Positions 44,778-54,678 of a stretch of 64,000 nucleotides of DNA are shown piece by piece. The position numbers and the translations under genes are program-made. The stretch lies in sequence record PQ657772.1. One strand, written 5' to 3'. The notes beneath the pieces were generated by a model. It did not search any database and was not told the origin of the DNA. It worked only from the letters and a program-made list of their open reading frames with translations. Numbering within the stretch: the stretch's first letter is position 1; every line of letters begins with the position of its first letter.

Positions 44778-45083
44778 TCATGAGATTCGCATTTCATCCA
44801 GATATAAACTACATGCTTCGAAATTGTTGTCAGCACTTAAACCTAAATCAACCATCAGACCACAATGCGTTCCACAGAATTTCTTTATGTATAGTTTCTT
44901 ATTGTTTGTACCTAAGTCGTATACATATTCATTTTCGAAAATAGTTTTTAAATCATTACAAATACTTTTTACTATCTTCATTACATCATTATGATACTCA
45001 TATGGTATTCCATCTAGTTCATCAATGATAATAGCAAAACCATTGTCATAGTACTTTAGTTTATTGAATGTTTGTATATCCAT
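44778..45083 (-). CDS. ~100-aa hypothetical protein
   Basis: Tiles. Confidence 0.6.
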   Translation of the reverse strand: MDIQTFNKLKYYDNGFAIIIDELDGIPYEYHNDVMKIVKSICNDLKTIFENEYVYDLGTNNKKLYIKKFCGTHCGLMVDLGLSADNNFEACSLYLDEMRIS

Positions 45084-45380
45084 TTAATATATAATCTCAC
45101 TTACTTCTATGGTGTAGACACCATCATCAGTCATTAATCTAACTGCAACTTTAATATTACTAGACATTCGTGTAACTATCAATCCAATAATTATACCATT
45201 CTTTAAAGTACCATTATGGTATCTAACTTTTACTTCAGTTTTATTATCAATTAAGTATCTTCTAATTATGTGTATTTCCGTTCTAAACAGTTCTAAATAA
45301 ACTTCACTATACTCCTTATCAGAACCATCAGCACAGCTATACAATAAATGTACCTGTTCTAACAAAAGTTTTAAATTCAT
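45084..45380 (-). CDS. ~100-aa helix+beta family protein
   Basis: Tiles; G.IIGL.V. Confidence 0.6.
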   Translation of the reverse strand: MNLKLLLEQVHLLYSCADGSDKEYSEVYLELFRTEIHIIRRYLIDNKTEVKVRYHNGTLKNGIIIGLIVTRMSSNIKVAVRLMTDDGVYTIEVSEIIY

Positions 45381-45736
45381 AAGAACCTCACAGATTTAAT
45401 ATTACTTGTTACATGTTTAAACACAGTGTTATTGAATACATAACAAATAGTATTAAGAGATTTATAAAAATTAACATCAGTTATTACTGCTTTGGAACCA
45501 TTGATTAAGCACTGTGATGACGGTAATTTATTTTCTAATATATTCTTTTCATCTGAACAAAGTGTTCCAATACAATCATAATATAAAGGCTCACCAACTT
45601 TATCAGTACTAAGAAAATCGAAAGCAAGATCATCTATTAGTTTTATGTAATTGAATAAATTTTGATAGTACTCATTCATTGTCAATCCTCTTGAATTTAG
45701 CATTATTCGAATAAGTATATGAATGTCCAAAATCAT
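45377..45736 (-). CDS. ~100-aa hypothetical protein
   Basis: Likely start MNEYY. Confidence 0.6.
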   Translation of the reverse strand: MILDIHILIRIMLNSRGLTMNEYYQNLFNYIKLIDDLAFDFLSTDKVGEPLYYDCIGTLCSDEKNILENKLPSSQCLINGSKAVITDVNFYKSLNTICYVFNNTVFKHVTSNIKSVRFL

Positions 45737-45923
45737 TTACACCATGCACATTCAATACACCGTCGATGAAATAGATTCGGTCAATGGTGAGTTCACGTTT
45801 ATAATCCGAATCATCATACCAGCACAGAACACGAATACCTTTGTACTTTGTCGTTAGCTCTTTTTCTAATGTAACTAAGTACTCGACATAACTTTTGAAT
45901 AGCTCTAAGTCCTGTTCAAACAT
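45672..45923 (-). CDS. ~85-aa helix+beta family protein
   Basis: TKYKGIRV. Confidence 0.65.
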   Translation of the reverse strand: MFEQDLELFKSYVEYLVTLEKELTTKYKGIRVLCWYDDSDYKRELTIDRIYFIDGVLNVHGVNDFGHSYTYSNNAKFKRIDNE

Positions 45924-46183
45924 CAGTGTTCCTCGTATAATTCCATGTCATCAACTCCAACTTGGCGAATTGCAGTACTTCTTTTAAATGTACCTTTTTC
46001 ATATAAACATACAGTTAAACGTATTTCACACTTCAATGCACTGTAATAAATCATATCAATAACACCATATGTTTCATACATTTCTAAGTATACATTTCGT
46101 CCTAAGTACTTTTCTTCTAAATCAGTAATTAGACTATTGATAAGATTACCTATCTGTGATATATCTGTGTGAAATTTATCCAT
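45923..46183 (-). CDS. ~85-aa helix+beta family protein
   Basis: EEKYLGRNV. Confidence 0.65.
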   Translation of the reverse strand: MDKFHTDISQIGNLINSLITDLEEKYLGRNVYLEMYETYGVIDMIYYSALKCEIRLTVCLYEKGTFKRSTAIRQVGVDDMELYEEH

Positions 46184-46372
46184 TACAATAATCCTCTCAC
46201 ATAAAACATTGATGAAAATAGATAATCTTCAGTACTGGAATTTAGTAGTTTATTAAAATTATAATTTTTATGTTTATTTTCATACAAAGACATTCTGTAG
46301 TATCTTTCTATATTTTCTAAGTAGTCTTTTCGTAATAACATCTGTGTTGTTACATTCACTATAATGTACCTT

Positions 46373-46405
46373 AAAAGAAAAAGGGACCAATATATGATCC
46401 CTTTT
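46373..46405 (-). terminator. intrinsic terminator
   Basis: AAAAGGGATCA...TGGTCCCTTTT plus T tail. Confidence 0.75.
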
Positions 46406-46408
46406 GTA

Positions 46409-47341
46409 TTAGAAATTTCCTTCAGCCACTTGGAAAACTTTCAACCCAAGTAGCTTACGCCACATGAATACAACTTGATTGCGGTCATCATAAACCTTTT
46501 TAACATCGTAATGATCAACCACATTTTTCATGTACAGGTCGAATTTTACAACATCATCAGGACGTTTATCATCAATGTCTCGCATAAACAATGCATCATA
46601 AGGAACACCCCAATTCTTAAGCCACTGTTCGGTGTCAGCACGACACCCTTCAGTACGCCCACTCATGACGATAATCTTGCGTTTATGAAAAACTGCTTCT
46701 GCGATAATAGACAAAATAACTTCTTCGTCTGGTGTATCCTGGAGTACAGTACTTTCATCGAACGGGTTACGGCCCCATTTATGAGCAAGAGTACCGTCGA
46801 TATCAACGATAATAGCAGCTTCTCGTGAATTACCATAGTAACCAATGTGCAATGCTTTACTATAATAGTACGTATCTGCCATAGTGTCAATGATATTATC
46901 TTGTACTGAACGCTCACGCTGGAGGTTATATTTCTTACAAAGTTTTACGAACTCTTTAATCTTAAAGAATTCATGAACATCTGCACCACGGTCTTCATTA
47001 GGTACAAAATCATCATAGAAGTTCTTTTCTTTGTAATCATAACCATTATCTATAGCCCATACTTTCCATAGATTACGGAAATGTTGTTTAAGGTTCGTAT
47101 CGGATATGATGATGTTCCAACCATTCTCTGCGGCTGAATTTGCTGCACTGAACTGTAAATTAGTTACGTACTGCTCATTAGCATCGTTGAATTTGTAAGC
47201 ATCATGTGACCCAGCCATAGATTCACGAATATCATCACGGTTGATGTTGATAGTCTTGGATTTGGCTTTTTTAATCTCTTGCACTGCCCATGTAGTTTTA
47301 CCACACCCAGGCAATCCAACTGTTAGTGTGATAGTTGGCAT
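46409..47341 (-). CDS. pseT: polynucleotide 5'-kinase/3'-phosphatase
   Basis: GLPGCGKTT P-loop, NRDDIR, HAD DIDGT, SGR, MR...D.RPD..VK, DDR. Confidence 0.96.
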   Translation of the reverse strand: MPTITLTVGLPGCGKTTWAVQEIKKAKSKTININRDDIRESMAGSHDAYKFNDANEQYVTNLQFSAANSAAENGWNIIISDTNLKQHFRNLWKVWAIDNGYDYKEKNFYDDFVPNEDRGADVHEFFKIKEFVKLCKKYNLQRERSVQDNIIDTMADTYYYSKALHIGYYGNSREAAIIVDIDGTLAHKWGRNPFDESTVLQDTPDEEVILSIIAEAVFHKRKIIVMSGRTEGCRADTEQWLKNWGVPYDALFMRDIDDKRPDDVVKFDLYMKNVVDHYDVKKVYDDRNQVVFMWRKLLGLKVFQVAEGNF

Positions 47342-47344
47342 CCA

Positions 47345-47674
47345 TTAATCCTCTAAAAATTTAACATGCTCTATATTATGATAGGTGAGCCATTCCTGTG
47401 GTGTTCCCTTGCGTATTAAAACACCAATATACGCAATACCATTAATTAGACCATTACTATCAGTATTCACATCAACTTTCACAATCTCGGAATCGTACCA
47501 GTGTTTGAATGTGTAATCCCAACATCTGACTTTCTTTCCAATAAGATTGCTCTTGTATTTGTCAATCATTTCATCGACGATAGTTTGTACTGAATTTTTA
47601 ATTTCAGCTTCTACTGACTTTATATGTAGTAAATTACTTTGTGCATTGTTTATCATTGTATTTCCCAATCCCAA
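47345..47674 (-). CDS. ~100-aa helix+beta family protein
   Basis: KSNLIGKKVRC. Confidence 0.65.
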   Translation of the reverse strand: MGLGNTMINNAQSNLLHIKSVEAEIKNSVQTIVDEMIDKYKSNLIGKKVRCWDYTFKHWYDSEIVKVDVNTDSNGLINGIAYIGVLIRKGTPQEWLTYHNIEHVKFLED

Positions 47675-47870
47675 ATCGCTTGGAGATTTTCACAAGTACA
47701 GATTCATCACAACGAATACTAGCAGTATCATTGGATGAACTGTACTTTAATGGGGTCCACTGTAATTGAGATTCTTCTAGGAACTTGATACATCTGAAAT
47801 AATCTTTCAAGGAAAGAAATTTAACTACTGACATATCCTGAACAATACTATGCTGAACTTCAACTTTCAT
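47634..47870 (-). CDS. hypothetical protein
   Basis: SD; tiles. Confidence 0.55.
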   Translation of the reverse strand: MKVEVQHSIVQDMSVVKFLSLKDYFRCIKFLEESQLQWTPLKYSSSNDTASIRCDESVLVKISKRFGIGKYNDKQCTK

Positions 47871-47879
47871 ATGAACTCC

Positions 47880-48137
47880 TTATAGTGGGTCGAATTTATT
47901 TTCACGTTTCGATGTATAGCGAGTTACATCATGTATTCTCGGCTTAACACCTTTTGGTTTCCTTTTCTTCTTGTATTCAGTACTACTACACCCGAAAGTA
48001 TTCTCGATTCGTTTCTTACTAATCTTCACACCTTTCTTAGAGCGTTTGTGCTGTAATTCATCGATTTCTTCTTGTATTTTCCTGAATTCTGTCGGAGAAA
48101 GGGAACCGTCATTTTTATACTTAGGTTTAGCCATCAC
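47880..48137 (-). CDS. small basic protein
   Basis: Lys/Arg-rich. Confidence 0.6.
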   Translation of the reverse strand: MMAKPKYKNDGSLSPTEFRKIQEEIDELQHKRSKKGVKISKKRIENTFGCSSTEYKKKRKPKGVKPRIHDVTRYTSKRENKFDPL

Positions 48138-48163
48138 TTCTCCTTGTGCTAGGCTAGATAGTA

Positions 48164-49306
48164 CTAAAAATCCTTTAGTACAATTTTCATGTACTTAATA
48201 AGAGTCTCTTTGTAATCGACTTTCTTATTGTTGTACATTGCAAAGGCCAAGCCCTGACGATTCAGTTCATTAGTTAAACACTCCTGAACCTTCTTAGCGA
48301 ATTCCTTTCGCTCCAAGTGCTTGTGTTCCTTGACGAAGCTTTCAACTTCATCTTGTAAAGCATTATAGCACGAAAAGACTAGTTGTTCCATTCTTAATAT
48401 CTTTTGGGTAGCATATTCGTCAGTACTGAACAACTGTTTTAAATCATCACTCGAACCATTTAATACAGCTTCATATAAATGGGAATCGATTATAATACTG
48501 TCTTTCGTTAAATGCAAAGAACAATACCAGTCGGTTTTGATTTTGCACATTGTACCATTATTTAGGATGCACACAAAACCTTCAATGTCAAGCATTTTCT
48601 TAACTTCTTCAACACTTTCTTTGAATGTAGCACGAACAGGGAAAGTGTAATGAATATCTTTACCTGTCATGTTAGTACTGTACTGTGCAAGGCATGGAAA
48701 CTTGTTACGTAATGCAGAACCACATAATAGTTCACCACTCTTGCGATGGCGAACGTTTAGTACAAATATTTGTTCAACCTGGTATGGTAATACAATACGG
48801 TACTCTGGACTTGTATACTCCAGATTAACAGTATAGCCCAAACGGTCTGCTTCGTCAATGTATTGATACAAATTTTGGTTCTCATTGAGAAGACGAGTAC
48901 TGTTAATCGCATGATCTGAATACAATGCAGTATGTGATTTACAACGAATTACACCATCATTATCACGGTAAGTACTGATTACTGAACCATCCAACTTAGG
49001 CATCACTACTGTAATGTCATCGAATGTGGTATCAGCAGGGAACATTGTAGCAGGATTTTCGTAAGCATTGAAGAACTTTTTCATAGTACGAGCAGCACAA
49101 CGAATCATATCACCGTCTTCATCAATTTCCCACATAGAACCACGTGTTTCTAATGCATTGGGTTGCATGAAATCGGTATATGATGCTAGACGATAACTGA
49201 ATACACGATACGTTCCACCAGCAGGACTTTTATGATCCACATAAAAGAAAGCCTCACGGGTATTACATAAGTGCATTAAATCTTCATATATTTGTAAAAG
49301 GGTCAT
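48164..49306 (-). CDS. rnlA: RNA ligase 1 (T4 Rnl1-like)
   Basis: LETRG, KKFFN, PKLDGS, NLEYTSP..RIV, IEGFV, KIKTDWY. Confidence 0.95.
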   Translation of the reverse strand: MTLLQIYEDLMHLCNTREAFFYVDHKSPAGGTYRVFSYRLASYTDFMQPNALETRGSMWEIDEDGDMIRCAARTMKKFFNAYENPATMFPADTTFDDITVVMPKLDGSVISTYRDNDGVIRCKSHTALYSDHAINSTRLLNENQNLYQYIDEADRLGYTVNLEYTSPEYRIVLPYQVEQIFVLNVRHRKSGELLCGSALRNKFPCLAQYSTNMTGKDIHYTFPVRATFKESVEEVKKMLDIEGFVCILNNGTMCKIKTDWYCSLHLTKDSIIIDSHLYEAVLNGSSDDLKQLFSTDEYATQKILRMEQLVFSCYNALQDEVESFVKEHKHLERKEFAKKVQECLTNELNRQGLAFAMYNNKKVDYKETLIKYMKIVLKDF

Positions 49307-49596
49307 TTTATTACCTCTATATCTACATCTGTGCCATAGTAGGAAACGTAACCATTATCCGACTTACATTGAATTGATAACTCAGATTCATAGTATGTTA
49401 CTTTGATCACTGTTAGTACTTTTTCTTCAATTTCTCCCGTTAAATAATCCATTTCACGAACACGAACATTGGTTCCTTTTGGGAGTTCTTGTGCAATTTT
49501 ATTAACAAGTTCAAAAGCAGCTTCTTCAAGTGTGTGCAACAATTGCAATCTATCTTGGATATTCATATTATTTCCACCAAGTTGTATCTCGACCAC
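49303..49596 (-). CDS. ~90-aa helix+beta family protein
   Basis: LPKGTNVRV; likely start MNIQD. Confidence 0.6.
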   Translation of the reverse strand: MVEIQLGGNNMNIQDRLQLLHTLEEAAFELVNKIAQELPKGTNVRVREMDYLTGEIEEKVLTVIKVTYYESELSIQCKSDNGYVSYYGTDVDIEVIK

Positions 49597-50257
49597 CAGA
49601 CAAAGATTCGTTGTACTGATGCCTGAAATTAGTATTTGGATTATTTGTCATTGTACTAATAAAATCAAATTTAACATTCTCTTGAATGTAATTAATAACA
49701 TTATCTTTAAATTTAATAGTACTGAAGTCTAAATCTAAATGTTCATACAATACAGGATGACAAAACTCATGTGTACGCAATGATGGCATGGTATCCTTAA
49801 TGTATTGCACAGTGTTAATCATTGCATTGTACTCAGGCATAGCACGCATCATCATTAGCTGAAAGTGTTCTTCCTCTGACATTGACTCATCCAAATCAAT
49901 AACGACTTCATCATTTTTAGAGTCATATACTTTAATGGAACTCTTTGTTGGATCAAGCATAGCCCACTCTGGATACAGGCATGTTTTCCAAAAAGGATTA
50001 TTGCACTGAAACATACTAATGAGATTTTGATTTTTATCAAAAATAGCAAATCCAAGATCCGAACTTGGCTGTACTTCACATACACAAATATCATAAGGGG
50101 AGTCTTCAGTACTGAATGAACCAACTACATTTGATATATGTGAATATGGAGTTTCTCTTGATTTTAATTCAAAGGCTCTCTCCATACGATTAACCTGTGG
50201 TTGTAATGTAATTACACCCCTCAGTACATATAAAATTCTATCTAAATCTTTAATCAA
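49568..50257 (-). CDS. hypothetical protein (EE.FQL motif family)
   Basis: MSEEEHFQLMMM. Confidence 0.7.
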   Translation of the reverse strand: MIKDLDRILYVLRGVITLQPQVNRMERAFELKSRETPYSHISNVVGSFSTEDSPYDICVCEVQPSSDLGFAIFDKNQNLISMFQCNNPFWKTCLYPEWAMLDPTKSSIKVYDSKNDEVVIDLDESMSEEEHFQLMMMRAMPEYNAMINTVQYIKDTMPSLRTHEFCHPVLYEHLDLDFSTIKFKDNVINYIQENVKFDFISTMTNNPNTNFRHQYNESLSGGRDTTWWK

Positions 50258-50832
50258 AATTCTATCCCCGTATCGGTTAATTTCGTTCCGTCCATGTACT
50301 TAACAGTTATTTCCATGCGTCGATCAGTACTCAATTTTTGAAGATCATTGAAGTACAATTTAAATTCTTCAAAGAACTCAAGTGGTGGAATATCGTATAA
50401 AGTACTAATCTGGAAGTGCTCAGGTAATCCAAATTTCAATATATCAATCTTAGGCATAAGTCCATCGGCTGCTGCACCTTCTGGTGTACTGCTGTCTGCT
50501 ACATAAAACATAGAATTACCATGACGCTGGATAACGAATACGCAATCATCTTCACTTATATAAATCATATTTCCAAGGTATGGATCGTTATCACACCAAT
50601 TGTCATGGACGAATTGATCAACTTGAAGTAAATCGTGTATAATTCCTCGACCACTATCATCGATTCTAATATGTAAACCAGAATCACTTTTGCTCAACCA
50701 GCGGTATTTTGAATCACATCCTGATTCCATAACTGGATATTTTGAAAAATTCATATCAGTACCATTATAAAACCAATCGTACCACTCATTACGCATACTA
50801 ATCAGCTTAGTACTTAATTCTAATACATTCAT
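50254..50832 (-). CDS. hypothetical protein (E.FQ motif family)
   Basis: LPEHFQISTLY. Confidence 0.7.
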   Translation of the reverse strand: MNVLELSTKLISMRNEWYDWFYNGTDMNFSKYPVMESGCDSKYRWLSKSDSGLHIRIDDSGRGIIHDLLQVDQFVHDNWCDNDPYLGNMIYISEDDCVFVIQRHGNSMFYVADSSTPEGAAADGLMPKIDILKFGLPEHFQISTLYDIPPLEFFEEFKLYFNDLQKLSTDRRMEITVKYMDGTKLTDTGIEF

Positions 50833-50839
50833 TTTAGTT

Positions 50840-51142
50840 TTATCCTCTTAGTTTAATAGTACTGGCTGGGTAATCTACCATAGTACTATCTGGTAATCCT
50901 ATACAGTAATAAGGAAAATATCCCATCTTTATATTAATACCAATTAACATTCCAGTTTTATATGAAGTATTAATTTCATAGTGGTCGTCTATATCAACCG
51001 CCAGTCCATATAAGGATATGTTACAATCCTTGATGTATCGTTCAAAGATTTTATACATTGATGTGTATACAGTTCCATTGGATTCTCTCACTACATCAGC
51101 CAACAACTTTATAGTACTGTTAATCAAATCTATACTAATCAT
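50840..51142 (-). CDS. ~100-aa hypothetical protein
   Basis: Tiles. Confidence 0.6.
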   Translation of the reverse strand: MISIDLINSTIKLLADVVRESNGTVYTSMYKIFERYIKDCNISLYGLAVDIDDHYEINTSYKTGMLIGINIKMGYFPYYCIGLPDSTMVDYPASTIKLRG

Positions 51143-51155
51143 CTTTGTACCTGCG

Positions 51156-51180
51156 AAAAAAGACCAGCAAACGCTGGCCT
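51156..51180 (-). terminator. intrinsic terminator
   Basis: AGGCCAGC...GCTGGTCT plus T6. Confidence 0.75.
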
Positions 51181-51186
51181 CAAAAT

Positions 51187-51468
51187 TTAAATTATTTCAT
51201 ATAGACAATATACACCATCAACGCCATCACAAGGAAAATCAACATAGAAATTCACACTAACAGTATCATAATCAATCTCAGTGATGCGTCCGGTTTTACC
51301 TACACTCTTTACAAATAGTTCAGAACCAAGATATACAAACTCAAACTCATCTGCATACTCTTTTATAATATCAGCGAAATCACAACCATATCTGGGATCA
51401 GTATTAATAATCTCAAGATATAATGTAATGTATTGTTCGTATGACCATGTGTGTAGGTAAAAATCCAT
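51187..51468 (-). CDS. ~90-aa helix+beta family protein
   Basis: YLGSELFV...TGRITEID. Confidence 0.6.
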   Translation of the reverse strand: MDFYLHTWSYEQYITLYLEIINTDPRYGCDFADIIKEYADEFEFVYLGSELFVKSVGKTGRITEIDYDTVSVNFYVDFPCDGVDGVYCLYEII

Positions 51469-51477
51469 AACAGTTCC

Positions 51478-52206
51478 TTAGAAATATACCATACCCATCA
51501 ATTCTGAATCTTCAGGGCGAGTATAACCTTGTTTCTTAACTTTAAAGTAGAAGGATTCATTATCTTCTAAATTATAACGTTTCTTTAAGCAACGGGTGTA
51601 TGTTTGGCAATTAGGTGAAACCCATTCATAAACATGAACACCATTTTCATCATAACCATTAATACTACAACGGTTTCCTTCGTGTTTCTTGAAGTTTTTA
51701 CTCTTCTCAGTGAATTCTTTTACCGATGTAGTGGATGGTTTTTTATATTCAAATGGAACTTCTGTTATACGAAAATAGAAATATTGGTCGTCTTCATCAT
51801 ATCCAACTAGCACTGTGTTAGTTTCACGTACATTGTAATGATTCTTACTTTTCAATTCATTTTCATATATATCTTTTAATACCTCATCGAATACAATATC
51901 ACTTGCTGCATTTGGGTCTGAAACCCCACTAATACGGCGTTCAATAATAAAATCGGTGAATTTGCGGTCTTCTGAAATATCTTCATTCATATAAAGACTT
52001 ACGAACTTATCCTTGTATGTCTTTACGCTATATTGTTTGCTTTGAACTTCACTATAAACATCAGCTAACATGTTAGCTTGTCCACATTGTATACCGCTAG
52101 ATGAATATGCCGCAGCATGTTCAGCCATAACAGATGTTAACATTTGGAAATTTGCAATATTGAGTTGATTCGCCATTTCTGTTGCAAATTTTATATTATC
52201 TATCAT
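51478..52206 (-). CDS. hypothetical protein
   Basis: 242-aa ORF with SD. Confidence 0.7.
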   Translation of the reverse strand: MIDNIKFATEMANQLNIANFQMLTSVMAEHAAAYSSSGIQCGQANMLADVYSEVQSKQYSVKTYKDKFVSLYMNEDISEDRKFTDFIIERRISGVSDPNAASDIVFDEVLKDIYENELKSKNHYNVRETNTVLVGYDEDDQYFYFRITEVPFEYKKPSTTSVKEFTEKSKNFKKHEGNRCSINGYDENGVHVYEWVSPNCQTYTRCLKKRYNLEDNESFYFKVKKQGYTRPEDSELMGMVYF

Positions 52207-52231
52207 TTCACATTCCTTGTGTTTATGATTT

Positions 52232-53164
52232 TCATATTTTTAATTTATTTTCGAGTAAACATTTACATACATAATCAATAACAAGATTTATGTCTTGTAA
52301 ATCAAATGTTTCAGTATACCCATCACCAAAATAATCCTTTGGCAATTTACTACTATTTTTAAGCAGATTTAAAATATTATATTCTACACTTTTAATAACT
52401 TCGGTATTTCCAGTAAAATAATATAATTCCTCTACTATAAAATTAGTTTTTGACCTAATACTAATTAGTCTTGATTTATCAATCTTTGTAGAAATACCAA
52501 CTTTATATTTTATTAAAATATTTTGTTCATATATTCCTAAAATATATAATTTACTTTCTTCTGGGATTGGTCTGATACAATTGCAGTTAAGAGATCCACA
52601 TTTAACTCTACTATAATTAATATATTTGTCAAAATTACACGCTGTACAATAAAATCTAACCTTATATTGTGTACCACGGTATGTAGATTTATCCATATAT
52701 ATTGTATTTGAGTAATCTTTTATTTTATTCATAATAGTGTTATATGCTTCGTCGATATCTAACGGCATACAATATGATGAATGACATTTACAATATGAAC
52801 CTCTAGACTTAACATCATGCACCGTCATATATCTTTCAAACGCACAATCGTCACAATAAAATCTAGATTTGTTTTTTGTAGTTGTGAATGTGGAAATATC
52901 TAATTTTAATTTTGAATTAATTTCACCCAATTTATTATATAAAGTTTTAAATGTGGGACAGTGACAAAATATTCCATTTTTGTACACATTCCTAACTATG
53001 ATATTTTTACTAAACCCACATTCATCACAGAAAAAAGTTGATTTGTTTGATATGGTAGTGTATGTTGTTCTATCCATTTTTACCGATGAACCAATTGAAC
53101 TCAATTTTTCATCAACCAGTCTGAATACTTCAGAATCTGGCTTTTTACTTGGCACTTTACACAC
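52232..53164 (-). CDS. putative free-standing homing endonuclease (Cys repeats plus GIY-YIG/T5orf172-like domain)
   Basis: Three F.C..C.F...(Y.).C.C repeats; LYILG...YKVGIS...SR...GDGYTETF; very AT-rich. Confidence 0.65.
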   Translation of the reverse strand: MCKVPSKKPDSEVFRLVDEKLSSIGSSVKMDRTTYTTISNKSTFFCDECGFSKNIIVRNVYKNGIFCHCPTFKTLYNKLGEINSKLKLDISTFTTTKNKSRFYCDDCAFERYMTVHDVKSRGSYCKCHSSYCMPLDIDEAYNTIMNKIKDYSNTIYMDKSTYRGTQYKVRFYCTACNFDKYINYSRVKCGSLNCNCIRPIPEESKLYILGIYEQNILIKYKVGISTKIDKSRLISIRSKTNFIVEELYYFTGNTEVIKSVEYNILNLLKNSSKLPKDYFGDGYTETFDLQDINLVIDYVCKCLLENKLKI

Positions 53165-53195
53165 TCCTTGTGTTAGTTATTGTTCCTCATCCAAT

Positions 53196-53223
53196 ATTAT
53201 ATCACTACTTGAGCTATTGTCCC
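53196..53223 (-). promoter_or_regulatory. promoter GGGACA-N13-TGA-TATAAT upstream of the endonuclease
   Basis: Read directly. Confidence 0.7.
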
Positions 53224-53498
53224 GCTTTGTAACAATAAAGATTCTCAAATTTAAAGTTCTCTATATCACATTCCTCACGAACTCGGTTCTTGTTCCAGAA
53301 CAGAATACGAATCCTTTCATAATCACGATAAACACTAATAATACTTTTGTGTTTAGATTTGTAGTACTGCTGTATAACCTGAAGAGTTATATCCCTCAAC
53401 TTGGACTTAATTGGGTAAGACAAATCATTACTAGTTGTTATGGCATAAACCATCTTCATTGTTTCAGCAACAAGTACTTCATTCGATTTATTTGCCAT
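53214..53498 (-). CDS. ~95-aa hypothetical protein
   Basis: Likely start MANKS. Confidence 0.6.
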   Translation of the reverse strand: MANKSNEVLVAETMKMVYAITTSNDLSYPIKSKLRDITLQVIQQYYKSKHKSIISVYRDYERIRILFWNKNRVREECDIENFKFENLYCYKAGQ

Positions 53499-53661
53499 TA
53501 AAATCCTTACAAACACTATGTAAAGTAAATCCTAAACCAACACCAACAATTGGGAATAGTAAATTAACATACCATGTGTTCATTGTTAAAAAGGAATAAG
53601 CACCTGAAGCTGTCAGTACTGCCAATGAAAAAAGACTCCAGATAAAAAATACTGTTCTCAT
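53488..53661 (-). CDS. small membrane protein (57 aa)
   Basis: Manual translation MRTVFFIWSLFSLAVLTASGAYSF...; ATGA overlap. Confidence 0.6.
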   Translation of the reverse strand: MRTVFFIWSLFSLAVLTASGAYSFLTMNTWYVNLLFPIVGVGLGFTLHSVCKDFNGK

Positions 53662-53948
53662 AAAAATGTTACCTCATCAAATGAAAAGTTTAAGTACGTT
53701 GTTGAATCTTGGTCTAAACTATGAATAGTAATATGACCATTGAAATAAAAAGAAACATCAACTATTTGAAGTTTTGGGTATTTTCTAGTACTGAAATATC
53801 TACCCACTAACGCAGCATATATATAATCCCTGTACTCTTGTGTGATGAATTTATACATATTATGATTTGCACTACACTTTTCATCATAAGTATTAGTATA
53901 TTCTTTCATCAGTAGAGCATATGTTTTTTGTATCAATATAATATTCAT
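53658..53948 (-). CDS. tandem-array paralogue (Q.TY family)
   Basis: MNIILIQKTYALL...LVGRYF. Confidence 0.65.
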   Translation of the reverse strand: MNIILIQKTYALLMKEYTNTYDEKCSANHNMYKFITQEYRDYIYAALVGRYFSTRKYPKLQIVDVSFYFNGHITIHSLDQDSTTYLNFSFDEVTFL

Positions 53949-54208
53949 CTATAGTTTAATATTGAAATGGGTAGACTATATATATGTACGTAAAGTTTAT
54001 CAACTCTTTCCATATTCACTTTTAAAGTACTTCCAAGACGACTGATGCTATCTATACGATAAAGCACGTCATTCAGCATCATTACGGTATCGGTGTAATC
54101 TTCACTAAGAGATTCAATGTAGATATCTTCAAGTTTCACATCCATGCGTGGGATATCTAAATCCCTCAATAAACGCAGTGTTTGCACGATCAGTTCAGCT
54201 TTAGTCAT
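53945..54208 (-). CDS. tandem-array-like hypothetical protein
   Basis: Likely start MTKAELIVQTL at 54208. Confidence 0.6.
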   Translation of the reverse strand: MTKAELIVQTLRLLRDLDIPRMDVKLEDIYIESLSEDYTDTVMMLNDVLYRIDSISRLGSTLKVNMERVDKLYVHIYSLPISILNYR

Positions 54209-54401
54209 GGATACGCTCACAATTAAGGCAATAAATGCACTCAATGTCAGGTCGCCATGATTTATCAAAATCTTTGTGCTGTTCTTCAGTGTATTCCGAA
54301 TCATCATTGATGGGAAAGAAATCACCAGCACCAGTGGCCCAGTCTGAATCTAAACGGAAACGAGCTAATTGAGTACTGTTGCAATACGGACATTTATTCA
54401 A
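54201..54401 (-). CDS. small zinc-ribbon protein
   Basis: CPYC...CLNC. Confidence 0.7.
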   Translation of the reverse strand: MNKCPYCNSTQLARFRLDSDWATGAGDFFPINDDSEYTEEQHKDFDKSWRPDIECIYCLNCERIHD

Positions 54402-54678
54402 AATTTATTCCTTCTAACTGATATACGTTTAATGAAAATGACCCACTATTATTATCGCATCTGAAACACAGTGTTAAAGAACCATTAAAACTAACAACAT
54501 CAGTACATATACATTTTTCACCATTGGATATGATAGATTTTCCTATATATAAATCTCTTACTATAGTACGGTAATGTTGCCATAAAAAATAATACACACT
54601 TTCATAGTACTCATCTTTTACATATGACAAGTATAAGAATTTATAAAATACTTGTATTTCCTTTAAGTTGTTTTTCAT
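54394..54678 (-). CDS. tandem-array paralogue (Q.TY family)
   Basis: NLKEIQVFYKFLY. Confidence 0.7.
   Translation of the reverse strand: MKNNLKEIQVFYKFLYLSYVKDEYYESVYYFLWQHYRTIVRDLYIGKSIISNGEKCICTDVVSFNGSLTLCFRCDNNSGSFSLNVYQLEGINFE

Noticed and set aside
46184-46372. Possible broken gene in the AT-rich gap (MLLRKDYLENIERYY..., 32 aa)
   Set aside because: Too short, no clear SD or recognisable motif; cannot distinguish it from non-coding DNA.
53945-54331. Full-length 128-aa ORF overlapping the zinc-ribbon ORF
   Set aside because: The N-terminal extension is the alternate frame of 54201-54401; the start at 54208 tiles cleanly.
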